DNA from: Isurus oxyrinchus
Lineage: Eukaryota
Reading direction: 5' to 3'
Length of the DNA: 64,000 nt
NCBI GenBank assembly: GCA_026770705.1
Contig: JANJGN010000055.1
Coordinates: 496,001 to 560,000, forward strand
Below, one piece after another: positions 1 to 12,385 of this stretch. The translations under genes were made by a program, and so were the position numbers. Every line of letters starts with the position of its first letter. Position 1 is the first letter of the stretch. The notes beneath the pieces were generated by a model, which ran no database searches, was not told where the DNA came from, and was given only the letters and a program-made list of their open reading frames with translations.

Positions 1-689
1 ATTCCGGCTCCGGCGATTCACTCTCTCCACATAAACTTAGGAACTAAATGAAGCCATCTATTAATCCTGAGACGGCGGGGGTAACCAATAACATGACTTC
101 ACAAGGCACAAGCCCTTTTGTGGAATGGTTTTAGTGCTGAATACTGCAATGAAATATCTATGTGGAGTTATGTAAGTAACTCCATTATTTTATTGACGGC
201 CAAAAATGTTCAATTTATAGAACAATCCAAAGTTTCCTTAAACGGACTTTTACATATAAAACTATGCCGTCCCTGCGAGCTACTCGTGATGGCCTCATCT
301 GCACAGTTATGGTGCGAGGAGAGATTGAACCTCAAGTCAAGGGCGATGGCAAAGGAACTTAATCCAGGAGCATGATGGACGCCTGCTTTGGTAGCTCAGG
401 ACAGTAACATATGGAACCACCGCATGGGAGAGCCGGAATGCTGCTCCATCTTACTCAGCCTCTCATCATAGGACAGTCCCCTCACCCTGGGGACCTATGA
501 GTGACCTATTCTGTGTGCCACTTCCAATGAATTGTATCCTTCCTTAAATGGGAGACCACAACTGCAAACAATATTAAAGTTATGGTGTCATCAAAGCCAT
601 GTACTATTTTTGCAACACTTATTTCTTCTTGTACTCCAATTCCCTTGCAATATAGGTTAAAATGCAATTTGTCAAAGTGAGGTTATGAA

Positions 690-900
690 TGGCTGCACAG
701 CAGCCGCCCAAAGACAATATGGTGGAATAATTAAATAAACGGGACCAAACCAAGCCGGCAAAGGGAATAAAAATAGTAAACACGATGGAGGTGAATATTA
801 TGGTCTAAAATTGATGAACACAGTTTTGAGTTCAGGAGGCTGCAGAGCGCTGAGCCGAATGATGATCCGCTTTTCCTCAATATTGCTTTTGGTGGGCCGA
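690..900 (-). mobile_element. Penelope-like 3' fragment (paralog about 56660-56880)
   Basis: The minus strand reads IEEKRIIIRLSALQPPELKTVFINFRP*. Confidence 0.65.
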
Positions 901-1194
901 TTTAGTCACTAGATTGTGTTCGCTTATTCAGAGATATCGTGGTCGATTGGGAACCAAGTCGCTTCTGCAATTTAATGACTTTTTTGCAAGAACACTATCG
1001 ATCACAGATTTATATTAAAACCACCAGTTATCGTGTACAGAAGGGAGCTCAGAACTTAGACCACCCTTGGTGTGTGGGATTGTTTCCTAATTTCAATGTT
1101 GAAATGTATCTTTTCTTTTAACTGTCGCCCATAGTCCCAAATTCCAAGCGAAGAGAAAGAATTTCTTCCACTGACCATATCAGTACAAGGATAT

Positions 1195-2560
1195 TGGTGC
1201 CCGAGTACAGGAACCACTAAAAAAGTTTGTATGCCGGTCCAACAAGTGTTAGGATGACAAAGGCTATGTTGACGTCTATTGAGGAAGAATGGAGTATAAA
1301 GTAGTGAACTTTTACTGCGGCTGTACAGGAGCTTGGTGAGGATTAATCTGGAATACTGTGTACAGTCTTGGCCTCCCTATTTGAAAAAAAGAGATACGAA
1401 TTCGTCATGAAATGATAATATGTTTCATAATATTATTGTAGGCTTATATGTGTGTGTATGGTTGGTTCTGCCTTTGTGACTGAATTAATTGAATCAGAGT
1501 CAGATAGACTGTAAGGTTGAACTGATCAAAACATGTGAGGTGCAAAAAGACATTTGAAATGCTAATGGATAAACATGAATGAGAGCAGCATGTAGAGTGT
1601 GAAATAAATTTGCAATTTGAATCAAGTGGAAAGGTGGTTGGAGTTGAAAGGTATAGTAGGGTGTTTGCAACTGACAAAATAAATAGGACAAGGTTATTAT
1701 TTTTATTGACTTTATGAAAGATTTTTACATACCGGGAAAATTAAACTTCCAAAGACCTGTGGAATAATGAAACTCGGAGATTAAAGAGAGAGGAACATAT
1801 ATGCAGATGGATGAAAGACTGGATAGGGGCTTTAGCCTTTTGAGATTGAAAGTTGCACCGTGTGAAGCAGTCCTTGTGCAAAAGCTTCCAGCCCTTTTAG
1901 CAGAAGTCTGCTCTGTCCAGTAACAAAAATGTTGGGTTACAAGACTTTGGGAATCCACTGTCCAGTGGTTCGTGTGCTCAGTTGATTTTTTAGTTGCAAA
2001 TCTATCTTGGACTGTTGCGTTAAAGGGGAAGTGGAGTTTGCAACCTGTTTAATTAAGAATTTTGAGAAATGTTAATACTAACTATCGGTGTAACTAATCT
2101 TTTGTGCATTCATTGTTTTTTTTTCCTTTCCTTAATAAATGTTTTCACTTAATTTCAAATATCTAAATGTGTTATTGCAATCAATTCCTCTGAGTTCATT
2201 GGAAAAGCCTTCTCGTAATAAATACAAATTGCCAAAACCGTTGTCATAGAGTGGCCAGGTTTCCCTTGTGTATTTGGCCCAACTGGCACATAACATCAGC
2301 CATGTCATAACAAATGCGTAAGAAGCATTTCAGAGAAAGTTTACTCAATTCATTCCTAGGATGAAGGGTTTATCTTATGATGACAGTCTGGGCCTGCACC
2401 CATTGGAGTTTAGAGAACTCATAGGCGATCCCGAGGGGACTTGACGGGGTTGAGGCTAGAATTGGGGGCACAGTTGAAAAATGAGAGGTCTCCATTTTAA
2501 GAGGCGATGAAGGTTTTCTTTTTTCTCCCAAAGCAGAGCTCATCTGTGGAATTCTGAATT
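1195..2560 (+). mobile_element. CR1 LINE 3' fragment split by the solo LTR (paralog about 57030-58380)
   Basis: LVR..LEYCVQSWPPYL precedes the LTR and an ALEAxQRxFT-like sequence follows it. Confidence 0.75.
1403..2312 (+). mobile_element. Solo LTR (about 910 bp) inserted in a CR1 remnant
   Basis: The termini (C/T)GTCATGA...TCATAACA form a short inverted repeat, with an internal AATAAA near 2134 and a possible 4-bp TSD (AATT/AATG). CR1 RT C-terminal sequence continues across the insertion. Confidence 0.65.
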
Positions 2561-4079
2561 TTACTGTCTCCCTGAAGACTTTCTTTCACCCGTGAGCATA
2601 AAATTAAGTGTTTGCATTGTGTGGATATTATGAATGTTGATGACACGTGAAAGGTCCGTTATCACTTGACAAATGTTTGGTTCCATGTAGAGCGGCTCTT
2701 CATGCTGTAAACAGAATTGGCCTTCAGCGACAAAAACTATCTAAGAGGTTAGTTTTTCTGTAAAATGCACTTTCCTGATTGGGCAGAGGTGGCGAAATTG
2801 CACAAACCCTAAGTACTACGTCACCAGGAAACGGTTCTGATCGTTCAGGGATCATCGAACATATAATTGAACTGACCAGAGCTCATTTTGAAATCCTTTT
2901 GACTTTATGTGATGTATTTTATGACTCAGCTGGTTACAGTTCTACTGAGATGTATTTCTATTTTCTGTTCATTAATTCGCCTGATCTGACTTCATTTGGA
3001 TCAATTACATTGAAATACCCCTCAAAACATAAGTACAATGAGAACTAGCTCACAGGTTCACACATATCTCCCGAATATTGAACACCCACAATCCGTTTGC
3101 AAATATTAGAATATCATTCATAAATAGACATACCTCGAAGCGGGTGTAATCCAGATTGGAGACACCACAGCAGCTTTGTTAAAAGAGCTATGAAGATGCC
3201 AGTTTTTGTTTCTAGAAATGTGTAGGGGACCCATTTACATATTGAAAGCAAAGCCGTATCCCTTGTATCATTTTGATTTGAAAGCCTACCAGCTGAAATG
3301 GCTACAGGTTTTGCTAGGATGAATGGAAATAATTCCCTCCTTGAACTGAGTGTACAGGACACAGGGGGCGAAAGGGAAGAATAGTGAACAGTAGAAGCAC
3401 AGCCCATCAGTAAGAATGTTGGATTTACAGAAAGAGCAGATGGTGATAAACCGGCATAATATTTTCTCAGCGATGCGAAACTAGGAACCATGGAGCAAGG
3501 AAGCAAAGTGGAATTGGTCTCCCAGTACAAAATTCAATCTGTACTTCTAGATGTGTACGAAAAATACTGTTAAACTCCCAGTTTCGAGGCAGTCAAACCC
3601 AAGGCATTGCCCGTCGCTGCTATGAAGGGCTTCAACAACTCTCGCGAATTTTTTGCAACAATCAGCTCCCACTGCCTCCTTTGCTGCTCCATTACACACA
3701 CCCAGCACCGTCTGTGTAAAAAATAAATCACCAAAATCATATTGCTTATTCTATAATGAAGGCCGGTGTAATTGTTAATTCATTGATGTGGCGCGGGTGT
3801 CATTGGCTAAGCCATCATTCATTGCCTATCCCTAATTCTCATAGAGAACCTGGTCGCGTGCTGACTTCTTGAATATTAGCAGAGTGGGTACACTAAGCGT
3901 TTTGCGAGGGAGGGAGTCCCAGGATGTTGACATCTGCATATTTCTCTTTCTTATGGGCAGCCTTTGCTGCAAAAGACTTGAAATAAACGAATAAATGTCA
4001 GGATGGAGTCCCTCCCTGAAGGATGAAATACTTCCGGATGATGTGATATAACGATGGTTCACCAGACCTTCGCAAAAGC

Positions 4080-5350
4080 CACGCTCAGCATGGTTTTCTG
4101 AAAGGGAAATCATGTTTAACCAATTTATTTGAGATTTTTTTGAAGGAGAAGCTTGTTTCGTGGATGAAGAGGAACCAGTAGACGTGCTGTACTTCGATTT
4201 CGAAAAGGCATTTGAGAACGTGCCACGTCGAAGGTTATCGCAGAAAATAAATGCTCATGGTATAGGGGGTAACACATTGGCATGGAGAGAAGGCTGGCTT
4301 TCTGTCAGAACCAGAGAGTAAGTGTAAATGGGCCTTTGTCTGATTGGCAAGATGTGACGAGTGGGGTAGCGCAGGGATACATGCTGTGGCCTCAACTTTT
4401 TACAATTTACATCAATAGCTTACATGAGTGGAGTGAAGGCCTGGAAGCTAAATTTGCGAATGACAGAAAGATAGGTAGGAAAGTTGTGAAGAAGGCCGAA
4501 GCAATTTGCACATTGAATTAGACGGGTTGAGTAAGGGGGCAAATATCTGGCAGATGGATTATAATGCTGGAAAACATGAAGTTATTCATTTTGCCACGGA
4601 TAATTTAAATAAAATCATTAATTATACAATGAACGACTGCAGAGTTCCAAGGTGCAGGGGGCTCTAGGTGTCTTAGTTCATGAGTCAAAAAAGTTAGCAT
4701 GCAAATACGACAAGTAATGCAGAAGCCTAATAGAATGCTATCCTTTATTACTACAGGAATGAATCACCAAAGTAAGGATGCTATGTTTCGGTTTTCTAGG
4801 GCATTGATGACGCCACATCTGTAATACTGTATTGCAGTTTACATAAGGTGTGATGTAAGTGAGTTATCGGCTGTTCAGATGGGTTTCACTACGTTGATAC
4901 TTGGAACGAGTGGGTTCTCTTATGAGGATAGTTTGTACAGGCTATGTTTGTTTCCATTGTAGTTTAGAAGAGTGAGGGGTGTCTTGATTGATGCATATAA
5001 GATCCTAACTGGCCTTGAGGACATGGAAAGGATGCTTCCTCTTATGGGTGAGCCCAAGACTAGGGTGTACTCCCTCAAAATTAGGTGTGTTCCTTGTAGG
5101 GCAGAAATGAGGATTTTTTTCTCTCAGAATGTTATGCGACATTGGAAATTCCTGCCTCAGAAAGCAGTGGAGGCGGTGTCATTTAATATTTCAAAGATGG
5201 AGGTAGATAGATACTTGTGAAACAAAGGGTTCAAAGGTTTCAGGGTAGATGGGAATGTGGAACTCGAAATACAAACAAATCAGCCATGAACTTGGTGAAA
5301 GGAGGAGCAGCATCCAGGGGCCAATTGGCCAATTTCTGCTATTATTCCGT
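4080..5350 (+). mobile_element. CR1 LINE, decayed RT and 3' end
   Basis: QHGFLKGKSCLTNL, YFDFEKAF, VTSGVAQG...LFTIYIN, KFAND (the FADD site) and a typical CR1 3' UTR. Confidence 0.92.
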
Positions 5351-5999
5351 ACGTTCGTAGCAACTGCAGATATTAGAAATCTGAAGTAAGAATAGAAAAT
5401 TCCTGTTATACTCTGCAAACACGACAGCTTCCATGGAGAGAATCAATATTATTCTTTCAGGACGAAAAGCCAAAGGTGCTGTCTGAGCTGCTGAATAAGG
5501 CCAGCATTTTCTGAAAGTCGAACTGCACGTCCTGATACTAGAGCTTGATCCTTAAATTCATTCCTGGATTCAGGACAGTCATTGGGTAAAATAAGGTTAT
5601 TCTCTTTGGAGTTTAGTATAATTAGTGATGAGTAGAAATTTCTTCATTCAAATGTTTGTGAATTTTTTAAGCTCCCTATCCTACAGGACTGGGAGAGCTC
5701 AATGTATTCAAAGGTGAGATCCATTGATTATTGAATACTGAGGAGATCACGGGAGATGAGAATGATCCTGTGCCTATTAATCCGTCCGATTGGAAGATTG
5801 TTTTTGTTAAATCGAGAGGTCAAGGAGAGGGAAACAGAGACAAACAGACAGACAGTCAAAACGTGTCAGGTAGAGAATGAAGGGCACAGATACACCGCGC
5901 AATTCTACCATTTCATTTGTTGAAAGTGGCAATGAGAAAGGCTTCCAGGGAAAGAAAGACCCGCTGAGAAAGGAGTTCAGAAAGTAAGACGCACACATA

Positions 6000-6700
6000 A
6001 TAATAACACATTAAAAACTATACAAATTTCAATACGAGGGTGTAAGCGATGAAATTATCAAATTTGGGAGGACTATTATGGAAAGTCACTACACACTAAG
6101 TGCGAGATTTTTGTAAATTGTCGATGGGCAGAGGGACATTTGTCTCCATACCACAAAGTTTGCAATGTAGTTCGAAAAGCATATTGGTTATTTGGATTTA
6201 GACATCGAGATATAGTGTATTCAAGCATCGGGATCTTGCTAGACCATTAGCAACTACAGTTCGACATTAGTAAGGAACCCTGTGGATAAGGATGGTCACC
6301 AATCTTCAGCAAGTCATGCAAAAGGGGGCAAAGGATGCTCGCAGGGAGGTTTTCAAGGATGAAATAGTTCAGTCATGAGGTGTTGCTGGGTAAGTTCCGG
6401 CTGTTGCACTACGGACATAGAAGATTAGAAAATCACCTATTTTTCCGATCACCTGAGGTTTGGGGAGGGTAAACAGGAAAAGAGTCACTCTGCTTGTAGG
6501 TCAATACATAAGGGACATGGATACATAGTGATTGACCAAAATATATACAGAGAACGTTAGCAGAGACATTTCCACTCAGTTGGTGGGAACTGCAACGCCC
6601 CACCTGAAAAGGTGGTAGAAGATAATTTTGTGAATAATATTAGAAGAACATTGGAAAGGCTTTTGAAGGCGAGGGTCTTACAAAAGCACAATAAACAAGA
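6000..6700 (+). mobile_element. Old CR1 3' fragment (paralog about 60900-61570)
   Basis: Decayed similarity to the CR1 RT C-terminus and 3' UTR seen in the better-preserved copies. Confidence 0.55.
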
Positions 6701-7023
6701 ACTACTCAGAAGCAATAAACAAAAACAACACACAAAGGTACAGTACAAATGCACACACACATATGCCCACGCACACAATATGACATTTATAATTAGACAT
6801 AAAGTGACTTCGCAGTGTGAGAGAGGGTCGAAAATGTGGGTGTCGTTAGTTTAGCTGATATTTGCTGTAATCAGGACAGGAATTTCGTGAATACACGCAG
6901 AAGAATAAGACCAAGGAAACCGAATTCTGTTGTTGAAAGGTGTGGGGTATCATCCCACCTAAGATATGATTTTTGTAAAAGGAACTTAATCAAATTTTGA
7001 AACTGAGCAAGTAAAAGAAGCTG

Positions 7024-7105
7024 TGCAGTCGGCAGGATTCGTATCTCCGCGAGAATACCCGAATGGATTTCTAGTTCATCGCGTCAACCCCTTGGCCACA
7101 ACTAC
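7024..7105 (-). pseudogene. tRNA-Ser (AGA) pseudogene
   Basis: An 82-nt stretch colinear with vertebrate Ser-AGA (GTAGTTGTGGCCAAG...CTAGAAATCCATT...AATCCTGCCGACTGCA), with substitutions in stems and B box. Confidence 0.85.
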
Positions 7106-8929
7106 ATAACTTGGTAATCAATAAACCACACTGATCTCCGCCCAAAACAACGCTCAGAAAGTAACCCTCTTTGGTGTGATCTTGACTTATTGTGCTGCCT
7201 ATGTGTACTTTATCATTCTGCTGGTTACAGTGATCTGTATTTTCCTCATTCAGTCTGAATCTGGTTTGATGTGGAAATATTTTATTCTGCCTGTTTCTTT
7301 TCTTTTCCCAATCACTCCTAAATATACTTACACACAACGCAGATACACACAAGTGCATTGAGAGATAACACAGTTACACACATATTGATTCAGAACTGGC
7401 ACACCAAGAAACACGAAATCCATTTTCAAACATCACAATTTTAATTATAAATATTTATACATTGAGAATCTGCTGTCACCCATTCTGCAACAGGAAATAA
7501 AGGTTTTGTTGATAGAAGCACAAAAATAATCTATTTGTATTCGATTATCATTTTCAAGTTTCGTGTTCATTCTGCAATCTAAATTTGGGAAACTACCAAG
7601 AAATGTGCTTGCGGAATCGATACAATGGATCGAAATAATCTGCTTTCTCAGGCTGTGTGTGTGTATTCGGAACACAAGAAACGGAATGGGAAAACAATGG
7701 ACAGTAGATGGAGAGCCAGTCAGTAAGGGTAAAGCAGAATACACAAGGAACATATCTTTCATGGACCAATTGAGCAATGAGAGTATTTTCTATATGGTGA
7801 GAAACAAGGGGCTGTAGAAAAGCTAAGGGATTTAAGTCTACAGGTGCAGTGCTCACAGTGCACATGTACACGAAGAAGTCATTTGAAGACCACAATTTCC
7901 AGGCTGTCATATCTGAGTTAACACTCATTACAATCGATAATCAGCCAACTGTCCTGAATTTGCTCCTGCAATTAGAATACAAATGCATGCCACTAAAACA
8001 GGCATAAAAACCAAGAAACAAGTATTCTCATAAAATGTTTTGAGTTGTAGCCTATTATTTATGCAGTAGACATTATTGTTCACCTCTTCTGTGGCTTGAA
8101 ATTGATCAGACATTCTTTATCTGGGATGGCGCTGTACGACAGGGGGAATTGAGAATTCTCGGGAAGGTGCAGTTGAGGCAGAAGATCAACCAGAAAGATC
8201 TGGAATTGGTTGAGAAGCCGTGAAATCTATGATACACCTGCTCCTGTTTCTCACGTTCTTATAGGCATTACTCAGAGGAACAACAAGGAGTGTGCTGGCC
8301 TTGGAGTTGGAACAGTGGGATTTCAGAGTTCGGTCCATTACTTCAGGAGTTCAGGTTTGATAATTTTAGAAAGGCAGAATCATAGAATGGATACAGCACA
8401 AAACGTTTGTTCCAAGCTGTCTGTGCTTGCTCTCTGAAAGAGAGATTCACCTATTGCCAATCCGCCACCTTGTCCCGCACATTTTTTTTTTCCTTTTAGG
8501 GCTACATCCTGTTTATTTTCTCCTGAGAAAAGAAGAATGAAGGGTGAGCTGATCGAAGTTTCGATTCCAGTTTAACCACAAGTTAGGTTAAAAGGAGAGA
8601 AACTGCTTTCCCTGGCGGTAGGCGTGAGGTGAAATCAGGTTATACTTTTGCCACTGATTCACTGCAATGGTGTCTAGGTCAACCAAGAGGAAAATGAAGA
8701 TGCTCTTTTCATATTTAGGGCAGTTGGAAATTGAGAAATAATTCTTAGAGGTTGATCGAATCTACAATAATTTCGAGAAGGAAGTATCTATTTGCAAATG
8801 AAGAAGTATATGTCTCTTCCGCTCTCTTGAAGAATTCAGCATCCCTTAACCTTTTCCTCCCAGTAGCTTCACGGCGGGGGTGGCGGTAAGGGGGCGCAGA
8901 TGGGGAAGTCACCTGGAGTCAGAAGGCAG

Positions 8930-8994
8930 TGTTTGGACCGGGACTTGAACCACAGACCCGCAGATTTTATGTTTTACTGTTTGAGATATCCAGC
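8930..8994 (-). pseudogene. tRNA-Lys (TTT-type) pseudogene
   Basis: GGGACTTGAACCACAGACCCGCAGATT...TGAGATATCCAGC matches the reverse complement of Lys-TTT, with a deletion in the anticodon arm. Confidence 0.7.
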
Positions 8995-9849
8995 TGGATC
9001 CCACGTGCTTCCCACAGATGCCTTCACAATCTGACACGAGGCACTGCAACCATATTTTGCTTGCATTCCCGTGTTTGGTAATTCACCCTATTCAGCACCT
9101 TTCCTTCACAAGCAGACCAGAAGCCTCCCTTTGGCTTCATTTCACAAATCTCCAAAATTACACCAACTACTCGCTCCTCACTCAAGGCTTGTGATGTGAC
9201 AACTGTTGTTACACAGCTGTCTGCACTGAACCTTCAACGTTTTGAAGATTGTGTTTATCGTGCCGAAAAGTTAAGTTGAAGAAATTGGAGAGAAAACTCC
9301 AAGCTCACAAAGTTGGATTTTGCGAATTGGTAAAAAAATCCATTTTGTGTTTGTTGTGGGAAAGTGTGATATTAACCCTATTAAAACAAGAAAGCTCATT
9401 GGGAATAAGGTTCTAAATTCTGAGAATAATAAAAATCCCAAAGCCTTCCTCAAAAAGCTCCAGCACGAAATTCAGCAGCAAGTTTAACCCCGAATTCCCG
9501 TTGACTGGAATTTGTGTAGGGTTGTTTAATGCCACACTCAGTCAAATGCTGCGTTGATATAGAATGCTGTCACTCTCACCTCACCCAGCAAACAGCACTA
9601 GAGACAAGAACAACTTTGAATATTGCATGTTTTTAGGGGAGATATTAATTTGCAGAAATTCCAGGAAGATACAATACCAGTGCGGTTTATTTCGCCAGTG
9701 AGTAAACGATATCATATGGTGTTTGTTTTGGGAAAGTGTGAAACCATCCCGCTGAAAGCAAGAAACCTCATTCGGAGCTTTGTACAATTCTGATGAAAAG
9801 TCATTGGCTTGAACTGTTCGATTTGTTTGTCTTCAGTGAGTTCCCCGGG

Positions 9850-11020
9850 TAAGGTGGGAGTGACTGCACAGTATATCAATGCAGCATTTGACCGAGTGTG
9901 GCATAAAGGAGCACTTGCAAAATTGAAGTCTATGGGTAGCAGCAGGGAAAATCTGCTGATTGGAGTCATACCTCGCACAAATGAAGATGATTATAGTTGT
10001 TGGAGGTCAACAATTTCAGTTCCAGGGCATCACTGGAGAAATTCCTCAGGGCAGTGTTGTCAGCCCAACTATCTTCAGCTGCTTGATCAGTGGCTTTTTT
10101 TTCCATCAGGACGTCAGAAGTGGCGATGTTTGCTGATGATTGCATAATGTTCAGCGCTATTTGCAACTCCTCAGACACTGAAGCAGCCCATGTCCAAATG
10201 CAACAAGACCTGGGCAATATCCAGGCTTGAGCTAATAAGTGGCAAGTAGCAGTCACGCCACACAAGCGCCAGGCAATGACCATCTCCAGCAAGAGTGCAT
10301 CTAACCTTTGCACCTTGGCGTCTAATGGCAAAATGAAAATGAATTCCCATCTATCAGCCTCCTGGGAATTAATAACGAACAGAAACTGAGCTGTACTAGC
10401 CATATAATTACTGTGGCTACGAGAGCAGGTCAGAGGCTAGGAACCCTGCGGCGAGTAACTCACTTCCTTTCTGCCCAAAGCCTGCCCACCGTGAACAATG
10501 CAAATGCCAGGTGTGGGATGGAATACTCTCCACTTTCCTGGATAAGTGCAGCTCAAATAACACTCAATAAGATTTGCACCACCAATACAAAGTAGCCCGC
10601 TTGATTGGAACCCCTTCCACAAAAATGAATACCCTGCACCATCGAAGCAGAGTAGCTGCAGCGTGTACCATCTATAAGATATAATGCAGAAATTCACAAA
10701 GGCTCCTTAAACATCACAGTCCAAACAAATGACCACTACAATCGAGGACAAGAAATGCCGCGGATACATGAGAACAGCACTACTTGGATGTTCCCATCCA
10801 AGCCGTTCACCATCCTGACTTGGAAATATATTGCCCTTCCTTCAATGTCACTGGGTCATATTCCTGGAACTCTAGTCCTAACAGCACTGATGATGTATCT
10901 ACACAACAAGGACTGCGGCAGTTCAAGAGGGCAGCTCACCAGCTTCTCAAGGGGTATTAAGAATGGGCAATTAATGCTGGCTGATCCAGCAAAGACAATA
11001 TCCTGTAAATTAATAAAAAT
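9850..11020 (+). mobile_element. CR1/L2-group non-LTR retrotransposon (second family), RT to 3' tail
   Basis: INAAFDRVWHKGALAKLKSMG, PQGSVV, MFADDC and MEYSPLSW motifs, ending in an A-rich tail near 11010-11020. Confidence 0.88.
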
Positions 11021-11514
11021 AATTAGTGGTCATCACACCCATGAGTGGCAATTATAACCCGTGTTCCTGGTTGAGTCCACAAGTCCTTCTTATCAGCTAT
11101 TTTAGAGGTGATATATACATGCGACTTGATGCAGTTGTTAATAACACTATGACTGATACAAATGCAGTGATGAAGTGGGAGATTTTGAGGTGCAGGAGCG
11201 CTAATCAAACGAGTTGGCCATATCATTTCTAAATCGACTCTTACGTTCTTTCCCTCTGTGTTAATCATTTGAGCCCCCAAATTTCAGTGAACCTATGCTT
11301 TTTAGTGAACACGATCAGTTCCCTGAAAGAGTTCATTTCGAACCATGTTGTGTTGTGAACGGTTAGTCGTTAGAATAGCTAGAATTTCATTATGCCACAG
11401 CTCAATATTATATTTCAAGACTATTAAAGCGTGAATTACAGAAAATTTTATTTAATTCTGACTGTGGTGGCGGGATGTAGCTGAGCCACCGCATTTCTTG
11501 ATTGATATCAATAA

Positions 11515-12385
11515 CCTAGGCCTGGGTGTGCAGGGCAGAGTTTCAGAATTGGAGGATGATGCAAGACTTGGAAGTATTGTGAACTTTCTGGAGAAATGAT
11601 GGACTTCAAGAGGTTATAGATAGGCTGGTGGGATGGGAAGACTCGGGGTAGCTGAACTTTAATGTGCAGGAGTGCGAAGTGATACACTTTGGTCAAATGA
11701 ACGAGGAGGGGTGACCTAAAATGAAGGGCGTAATTCTAAATTGATGCAGGAGCAGAAGAACCTGGGTGCGTATCTGCAAAAATCATTGAAGCTGTCAGGG
11801 CAGTTTGTGAAAGCAGCACTGGGCCCCTAATCCTGCGTTTTATTAATCAGGGCATAGAGTACCAAAGAAACTAAGTTGTGAACGTTCATAAAATACTGGT
11901 TCAACTTAAACGAAGGTTTTGCAAAGGGTTCAGAAAAGATTTACGAGAATGATTCCGAGGATGGGAGACTTCAGATATGTGGATAGATGGGTGAAGCTGG
12001 GGCTGTTCTTCTTGGAGAAGAGAAGTTTGAGGGGAGATTTTTCAGCCGTGCTCAAAATCATTAGGGATCTAGATAATGAAAATGGTGAAATTGCTGCCAT
12101 CGGCGGGAGGTCGAGAACCCTAAACTGATTTTAAAAATTACCAGAGGCGACATGAAGATAAGCTTCTTTATGCAGCAAGAGATTTGGATCTGGAAGCTAC
12201 TGGCTGAGTGTGTGGTGGAGGCAGATTCAATTGTAGTAGGTAATTATCTGAAAACACAATATTTCCATGGCTACATAGAAAAAGCGGAGGAGTGGGACTG
12301 GCTGAGTTGCTGTTGCAGAGAAACGGCAGGGAGACAATGTGCTGAATGGCCTCCTTTTGTGCTATGACCGTTATATAACTCTATG
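11515..12385 (+). mobile_element. CR1 LINE 3' fragment
   Basis: QRVQKRFTRMIP...LGLFFLEKRSLRGD, plus the CR1 3' end (CTGAATGGCCTCCTTTTGTGCT). Confidence 0.88.
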
